NCBI GenBank assembly: GCA_963693365.1
Contig: CAVNZM010000011.1
Span: 3,639,098 to 3,703,097 of the forward strand
Origin: Amoebidium appalachense
Taxonomy: Eukaryota > Protista > Ichthyosporea
Length of the DNA stretch: 64,000 nt
Reading direction: 5' to 3'
Shown piece by piece: positions 31,584 to 64,000 of the stretch; positions within the stretch are counted from its first letter, which is position 1; each line of letters opens with the position of its first letter. Below the pieces are notes generated by a model. It saw only the letters and a program-made list of their open reading frames with translations. It had not been told where the DNA came from and did no database searches. Both the position numbers and the translations under genes were made by a program.

Positions 31584-33710
31584 ATGAAGTTTTCCCTTGC
31601 GCTTGCCGCTCTCAGCGCACTGCTTGCATGCAGCACCACGGAAGCCAAAAACCCCAAGGCACTCCTGACTTGCTCCGACTGGGTTGACGAAGGCCTCGGT
31701 GACTGTCCCGGAAAGATTAACCCCTTAGTGTGCACACGGTGGTCCGGCCATCCCAAGTATGGGAAGTGTACGCCATCGCGTTGCTGTGGAAGTAGCAAGC
31801 CGCAGCCTCCCCGCCCTCAACCCAAGCCCAAGCCCAAGCCTCAGCCTCGGCCCGACAGCAAATGGGAGATCGAATACGAGAAGGGCCGCCGGGCGGCTAT
31901 CAAGGATGCCCTTGAGACTTGCGAGGATGACAAGGGCGCTCGTCGTAAGAGAAGGGACGCCGTTGAGGTTAACGATCAAGACGGCGATGATAACGTGATG
32001 GAGCATGAGGAAGAAACGGTTAACCTTGGGGACGGAGCTGAGAATGGCGAGCACAATGAGGAGACCGTGCGGGCTTTACCAGCGGGTGCGGGAGAGACGG
32101 CGGGTGGGATTGGAGAGGACGTTGGTGATGGGGAGTCTGATCCCAACTTGGATAGGCGCAGACGTGATAATGACGACGACGCCGTGTTCGAGAAGGATGA
32201 AGAGACGGTGAACGTCGACGGAGAGGGTGAGGAGGAAGAACACGATGAGGAGACCGCCCAGGCTCTGCCAGCAGGGAACGGGGAGGTGATGGATGGAGAG
32301 TCCGATCCCAACCAGGATAGGCGTAGACGTGATTATGGGGCTGACGAAGCTGACTTGGAGGGGAAAGATGATAGCGACGATGCTACGAATGTGTTCGAGA
32401 AGAATGAAGAAACGATGAACCTTGACGGAAAGGGTGAAGAGGAGGAGATGACGGCCCGGGCTCTGCCAGTGAGCGAGGGAAACGATGGCGATGACCCCAA
32501 CCTGGATAGACGTAGGCGTGATTACGGCGACGACGAGGCAGACTTGATGGAGGGAAAAGATGACAACGACGACGATGCAAACATGGCCGAACGAGAGGAG
32601 GAGACGGTGAACGTCGACGGAGAGGGTGAGAAGGAAGAACACGATGAGGAGACCGTCCAGGCTCTGCCAGAGTCTGATGCTAATATGGATAGGCGTAGGC
32701 GTGATTACGGCGGCGACGAGGCAGACTTGATGGAGGGAAAAGATGATAACGACGATGATGCAAACACGGCCGAACGGGATGAGGAGACAGTGAACGTCGA
32801 CGGAGAGGGTGAGAAGGAAGAACACAATGAGGAAACAGTCCAGGCTCTGCCAGAGCCCGATGCTAATATGGATAGGCGTAGGCGTGATTACGGTGATGAC
32901 GAGGCAGACTTGGTGGAGGGAAAAGATGATAACGACGACGATGCAAACACGGCCGAACGGGATGAGGAGGCGGTGAACGTCGACGGAGAGGGTAAGGAGG
33001 GAGAACACGATGAGGAGACGGTCCAGGCTCTGCCAGAGTCCGATGCTAATATGGATAGGCGTAGGCGTGATTACGGCGGCGACGAGGCAGACTTGATGGA
33101 GGGAAAAGATGATAACGACTATGATGCAAACACGGCCGAACGGGATGAGGAGACAGTGAACGTCGACGGAGAGGGTGAGAAGGAAGAACACAATGAGGAA
33201 ACAGTCCAGGCTCTGCCAGAGCCCGATGCTAATATGGATAGGCGTAGGCGTGACTACGGTGATGACGAGGCAGACTTGATGGAGGGAAAAGATGATAACG
33301 ACGACGATGCAAACACGGCCGAACGGGATGAGGAGGCGGCGAACGTCGACGGAGAGGGTAAGGAGGGAGAACACGATGAGGAGACGGTCCAGGCTCTGCC
33401 AGAGTCCGATGCTAATATGGATAGGCGTAGGCGTGATTACGGTAATGACGAAGCAGATTTGGCGGAGGGAAAAGATGACAGCGACGACGATGCTAATATT
33501 TTCGAGAAGGACGAAGAAACGGCGAACGTCGACGGAGAGGGCAAGGAAAAGGTGCAGAATGAGGAGACGGTGCTGGCTCTTCCAGGTGGCGGCGACGATG
33601 GGAACAACGATGATCAGTTTATGCGCCACCGCCGCAGTCAGAAGGATGCATGGCAGCAGGGGTATGATGATGCCTGGGACACTGCTTATAATCGGTGCAT
33701 GAGTAGTTAG
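31584..33710 (+). CDS. Secreted intronless 708-aa acidic repeat precursor with ten polybasic cleavage sites
   Basis: Signal peptide MKFSLALAALSALLACSTTEA; 6-Cys module; PK/PQ linker; nine D/E-rich units (core period 183 bp = 61 aa) separated by RRKRR/RRRR/RHRR; short C-terminal tail with one Cys. Confidence 0.9.
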   Translation: MKFSLALAALSALLACSTTEAKNPKALLTCSDWVDEGLGDCPGKINPLVCTRWSGHPKYGKCTPSRCCGSSKPQPPRPQPKPKPKPQPRPDSKWEIEYEKGRRAAIKDALETCEDDKGARRKRRDAVEVNDQDGDDNVMEHEEETVNLGDGAENGEHNEETVRALPAGAGETAGGIGEDVGDGESDPNLDRRRRDNDDDAVFEKDEETVNVDGEGEEEEHDEETAQALPAGNGEVMDGESDPNQDRRRRDYGADEADLEGKDDSDDATNVFEKNEETMNLDGKGEEEEMTARALPVSEGNDGDDPNLDRRRRDYGDDEADLMEGKDDNDDDANMAEREEETVNVDGEGEKEEHDEETVQALPESDANMDRRRRDYGGDEADLMEGKDDNDDDANTAERDEETVNVDGEGEKEEHNEETVQALPEPDANMDRRRRDYGDDEADLVEGKDDNDDDANTAERDEEAVNVDGEGKEGEHDEETVQALPESDANMDRRRRDYGGDEADLMEGKDDNDYDANTAERDEETVNVDGEGEKEEHNEETVQALPEPDANMDRRRRDYGDDEADLMEGKDDNDDDANTAERDEEAANVDGEGKEGEHDEETVQALPESDANMDRRRRDYGNDEADLAEGKDDSDDDANIFEKDEETANVDGEGKEKVQNEETVLALPGGGDDGNNDDQFMRHRRSQKDAWQQGYDDAWDTAYNRCMSS

Positions 33711-34566
33711 GGCGTGTGGCCCTAGTAGGGGGTTTTCAGTTAGTTTTTTGGTGTTCTGCAACTGGACTACCGAGCTACACTCGCACAGGTCCAATGTTGG
33801 GTTTTTTATCCTTTTTATGATATAGACACTGTTGATGATAAATGAACTTTAGCAGGTGCAGTAAATAGAAAGGTAGCTAACTAGCTCTCTTATCCGTTAT
33901 GCTATTACCCTCTATAGCTAGGGCAGCTGTTTCTCATCCCTTATGCTATTACGCCGTGCGGCACAAACAAAATAGAAATATGTTTCACTTCCTTCAATGA
34001 TTTCTGATCTTTTCGGGTGATATCTTTTTCACTTTAGTTAATGTGAACTACTACGTGTACCAAGTATCCGTGCATAGGCTACTTGTTGCAGCGCTTGTTC
34101 ATAAGCAAAATATCTTATATCTCCCCAATTTTTCGTGCCTACAGTACAGGCGTTACATCTGAAGTGGCACACTGTGCAGGATAAATTAAAGGTTATTTTG
34201 CTTTTATTTACGACTCTTTTTGGATAGTCCCGGACCTTGCTCCTTGTGCCTGTTGCCAGGCCAACCTGCACTGCAAGTACCTGGCCATGATTCCCCAAGC
34301 CAAAATGGCCCTTAGGTGCCTGCTGTTACTTATTTGTTATGATTGCGCATCCTGCGACTTGTGCTCGTCAGAGCATGTACGCACACACGCACACATTGTG
34401 CTCTCCAGTTTGCTCTCCAGAACACACGCACACCCGCGCACACACACGTGCACAAACACACACACATGCACACACACACACACTTATGATATACATACGT
34501 GTGAGTGTGTGTGTGCTCTGCCAGTGCATATACTAACTGCACACACACACGGGCGCACCACACCGT

Positions 34567-34607
<41 letters not shown>

Positions 34608-34808
34608 ACACACACACACACACACATACATACGCGCACACACGCACACACACACACACGTGCGCGCGCGCGTGCGCGCGCACACACACACATTTTAGAT
34701 ATCATATACGAATGTATGTGCATGTGCGTGAGTGTGCAGGCGCGCGTGGTATTCGTGTATATGTATTTTTGTGTTTTCTGGTTGGGGGGGGGGGGGGAGC
34801 GGGCCGCA

Positions 34809-34845
<37 letters not shown>

Positions 34846-35214
34846 AGGGGGGGTGGAGGGGGGGGGGGGGGGAAGAGGGGGAAGGAGGGTCTGCAAACGT
34901 CTGACTTACGACTTGTAACTAAAAAAGTTCCGTCTGGTTACAAGCACGTACACCTTCACCCCCTCTTTTTTTTGTTTTTCTGTACTTTTTCTTTTGGCTT
35001 CAAAACTTTTTCGTGCACTGGCCTCGGCGAGCTCAGCCACCTGCCAGATCTGGCGCCAGCTTGTGTTCAGAGCTAGGCCGTGCGCCGGCGCACCCTCCGG
35101 TGATTACGCAATCAACTTGTCTCTGCACGTTCACTTTTTTTCTCAGCTAAAGCTGATAGCGCATGGTTTACAAACCAGTAGATACTGTTGAAGACGGCCA
35201 CAAACACAGCAGGA

Positions 35215-59991
<24,777 letters not shown>

Positions 59992-60055
59992 GTGGTTGGG
60001 GGAGAAGCCCGGACCGGGTTTTATGTGTTCTTAGAGTTCTTTCTTTCTTTTTTCA

Positions 60056-60096
<41 letters not shown>

Positions 60097-62261
60097 GGGG
60101 GGGGGGGGGGGAGGTTTTTTTTTTTTTTTTTTTTGGGGGGGGGGGGGGGGGGGAGGGGGAGGGCTTTGACGCATGAATTTGTCTTTTCTCTTTGCCAATT
60201 TGTTGTATTTTTTTTCATACATGCAAGGTTTTTTTGTAAGTTTCCTGGTTATTCTACGAGATGTGGCTCAGCTCTGGGTGGGGGCTCTATATAGGAAAAG
60301 GCTCGTACCAAGGACGGGCCTGTATATCAGGATTCTCTGTAGAGGTTAAGTCGCATGAATCCGGCTTGGGGTGTTAGTAGCCGATGTAATTTATAATGCC
60401 ATCGCCTGAGAACTGAAGAAACACTTTTATTCGAATGTATACATATGATATGCAGGAATGATATGGGTTGGATCCACGCTGGTCAGTGGAAATATACTCG
60501 ATTGAGGTCGTGGTGGCCACAATGTCATGTGAGGGTTACTCATGATTGCAACGGTTCTACTCGCTCTTCACTCTCACTTCGACTCCCATAAAGTCCCATC
60601 CACCTGCCCAGTGGTATCCCATCCCCTCTTCTCCCTCTCCTCATCTCTCTTTCTTGCCAGTCTCCCTCTCTCTCTCAGGCTCTCTCTCTCTCGGCTCTCT
60701 CTCTCTCTCCCTCCCTCCCTCCCTCCATCCATCCCTCCCTCCCTCGAGGCCTCCCTCCCCCCCGCCCCCCCCCCCCCCTCCCCCCGTTCCCCCCCTCGCG
60801 CACCCCCTCGCTCCTCCTCCTTAAGGCTTCCCCCGCCATAGCCATGTTGCCCTATTCTGGCTGCGTATACCTATCATGACCCCCGCCTTATCTAGCTGCT
60901 CGGCTAGCATCTTGAGGCCCTTGAGGTAGTCCGATTGCGTCACTGCTTCCTCCTTGACCAGCAGCATGCATGTGTATGTTTATTAGTATTAGCATCATGG
61001 TAGGATGTTCTCTTGTGCTACTCATGTGTGTAGCCTCTTAGTCTAGAGGTCAAGCAACCCATGTCGGTAAGAATTTTTTGTACACAAGCATATATGTATT
61101 GTACTTACGGTATGGGTGGTCGGAAAGATTTACTACCCATGTTTATGAAAAAACGAATAAAATTTATTGCTGGAATGTTAGCTTTTCCCTGACTGACTCA
61201 GTGACCGTCGGGCTGGCGGAGTTCAGCCATGGCCGTCTCAAAAATTCTATTTTTAGCCTTCTATTTTTAGTAATACCCTCACATTTTGGTAGCATCAATA
61301 TCCCGTGTTCCAGAGGGCCGTGAGTTCAGCCGGGCAGGGTACATGTATGCAATAGTTAGAACAAGATAATACCGATTTTTTCCGATCAGGTTATGTGCTT
61401 TCTGTTTAAGTTATGTCTATAGGGAGCCCATAGGCGGCCGTGTCTTGGTGCAAAAGCCAGCCTGCTGAAGGGGGCTTCGTGACTTTTAAAGGCGTGTACA
61501 TGTGCATTTTTGTGCTTTGTTTGATCAATGTTGCCGGAGTACCTAAAGAATCTTTAATGGTATGCAATTCATCGAGAACTCACCCATATGATTGGATAAC
61601 CTATTCCACTCCTGTGACATTCCTCAGCTGTGCCTGTAGGCATCATCGCACTGAATAATGTCTCAAAAAAACCATCAAAGTAAGATATCTTCCAAAGTTT
61701 TCCAACTCTTAAAACCCTTACTCTGTATGTTTTTTAAAAAATAATAATGGGGAAAGACCTCAGCGGACCCGAACACGACGCAAACAGCGCCATGACGCCA
61801 TAAATGGATCATGCGTTTGCGCCCAATAGGAAAATGTATTGCCGTGTTGTGTTCATCGGAACAGGTCCAAAAAGCAAAAGTGTGACCGCGGGGGTACCTT
61901 ACAGCCTTATGTCACCACACGTTTTCAGAACATTCCCTTTGTCACCGACTCTTCTTACACAGGATAATTTTCAACTGGGCGTCCACGAGTACTAGTGTGC
62001 CCACGTTCCCTTTATGCTTTTGGCCTATTCCAGGGAAAACCATGCCATACATAAAGCCTACATAAACTTCACAAAACTCACAGTCGGACGTTGCCGTCTC
62101 CTTGAAACTCTAACCCGACCACCTTCGTGCTACTCTTTCAAGTTGCTGCAGCAGTGAAGGGTGACAACTCGAGAAAGGCCTAGCTAACTTTGAAGTGTGA
62201 ACCCGTGACTCTGTGAGCTCTCTGCTGCTGCCCCGGCCGAGTCGTCAAGGTGCACATCAAA

Positions 62262-63196
<935 letters not shown>

Positions 63197-63565
63197 GTAA
63201 GTACTCCTACCCTACACCCAGTATCGTCTCACTTTCTAGGCTTGAGTGAGGCTCTGAAGGTGGCATGCACTCTCTCGGGCATGCATAATAATTAGGCTTG
63301 GTGACTTTTTTCGTCCTCAGCTTTTAAATTGCGGTTCGGGCAGGAGGGGATGGGGATGGGAAAGGCTGGAGAGGGGGGGAAGGGGGGGGGGGGGAGGGGA
63401 GAGGGGGGTAGGGGGGGGGGGGGGGAAGAGGGGGGGGGGGGGGGGGGGGGGGGCTGACCCATCATGATGATCCAGGGGTATGGTTAGCGCCTAAGACTTA
63501 GTGGCAGAGTGTAAAGAGAACTAGAAGGAGGGAGGGGGAGGCCCTGGGATGATGATGAAATAGTC

Positions 63566-63707
63566 CTACGGGTTCGGCAAAACTCCTGACCAGCTATTGA
63601 AACTGATGTACGTTGCCTGAGTGGATGATCCACACACACCGTCAGACACGCTGTGTCGGACAATCACACATATGCCATGAATACTCCTTAAAGAAGCACA
63701 TATCATT

Positions 63708-63743
<36 letters not shown>

Positions 63744-63925
63744 ACACACACACACACAATCATATTCCCAGGCCTCGGACATTTCATAGGGTTACTGACA
63801 CTGTTCCCGTGATTTTTCCCTTGCAGTTCCCTACACCCCAGCCCCTGCAAGTAAGTAAACCATTCATTTCCCAGAGCCTGCCCCGCAGCTGCGGTGAGCA
63901 ACATGCCAAACAAAATGTGTTGCAT
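63566..63925 (-). CDS. Possible small secreted Cys-containing protein
   Basis: ATG followed by signal-like MQHILFGMLLTAAAGQALG; interrupted by a (GT)n/G-run that is probably an intron; no family recognised. Confidence 0.3.
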
Positions 63926-64000
63926 CTATAGTACGATTCAACCCCTGCATGCTCGCGGTGTATTTGTCGGGTTTCATCGACACTCTTTGTCTGAGAACAC

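Noticed and set aside
32076-33794. 572-aa hydrophobic repeat ORF on the minus strand
   Set aside because: Antisense shadow of the D/E-rich repeat gene; the plus strand has the signal peptide and coherent architecture.

Overview
Intron-dense eukaryotic DNA saturated with poly(C)/poly(G), (CA)n/(GT)n and (GA)n tracts; nearly all supplied ORFs are low-complexity artefacts. Manual exon threading recovers three conserved multi-exon genes: SPATA5/AFG2 AAA-ATPase (minus, 17 exons, runs off the left edge), thymidylate synthase (plus, 10 exons, head-to-head with SPATA5 across an E2F/CRE/CCAAT promoter) and Integrator subunit INTS4 (plus, 28 exons, with an AT-AC minor-spliceosome intron). A ~15 kb accessory interval between TYMS and INTS4 holds an intronless cullin-N-terminus-only ORF, a 2 kb TIR element, a ~210 bp hairpin and an intronless secreted 708-aa precursor with ten furin/kexin sites separating nine acidic peptides. 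Introns carry a tRNA-Lys gene, a decayed tRNA-Ser, several MITEs and a sense-oriented dispersed repeat. The right end holds two partial secreted-protein genes. Unfused TS plus INTS4 plus a U12 intron suggest an amorphean, possibly a unicellular holozoan (inference). Most striking: many acceptors are (CA)n-AG and many weak donors are followed directly by poly(C). Coordinates were read by hand; protein similarities are recalled, not searched.
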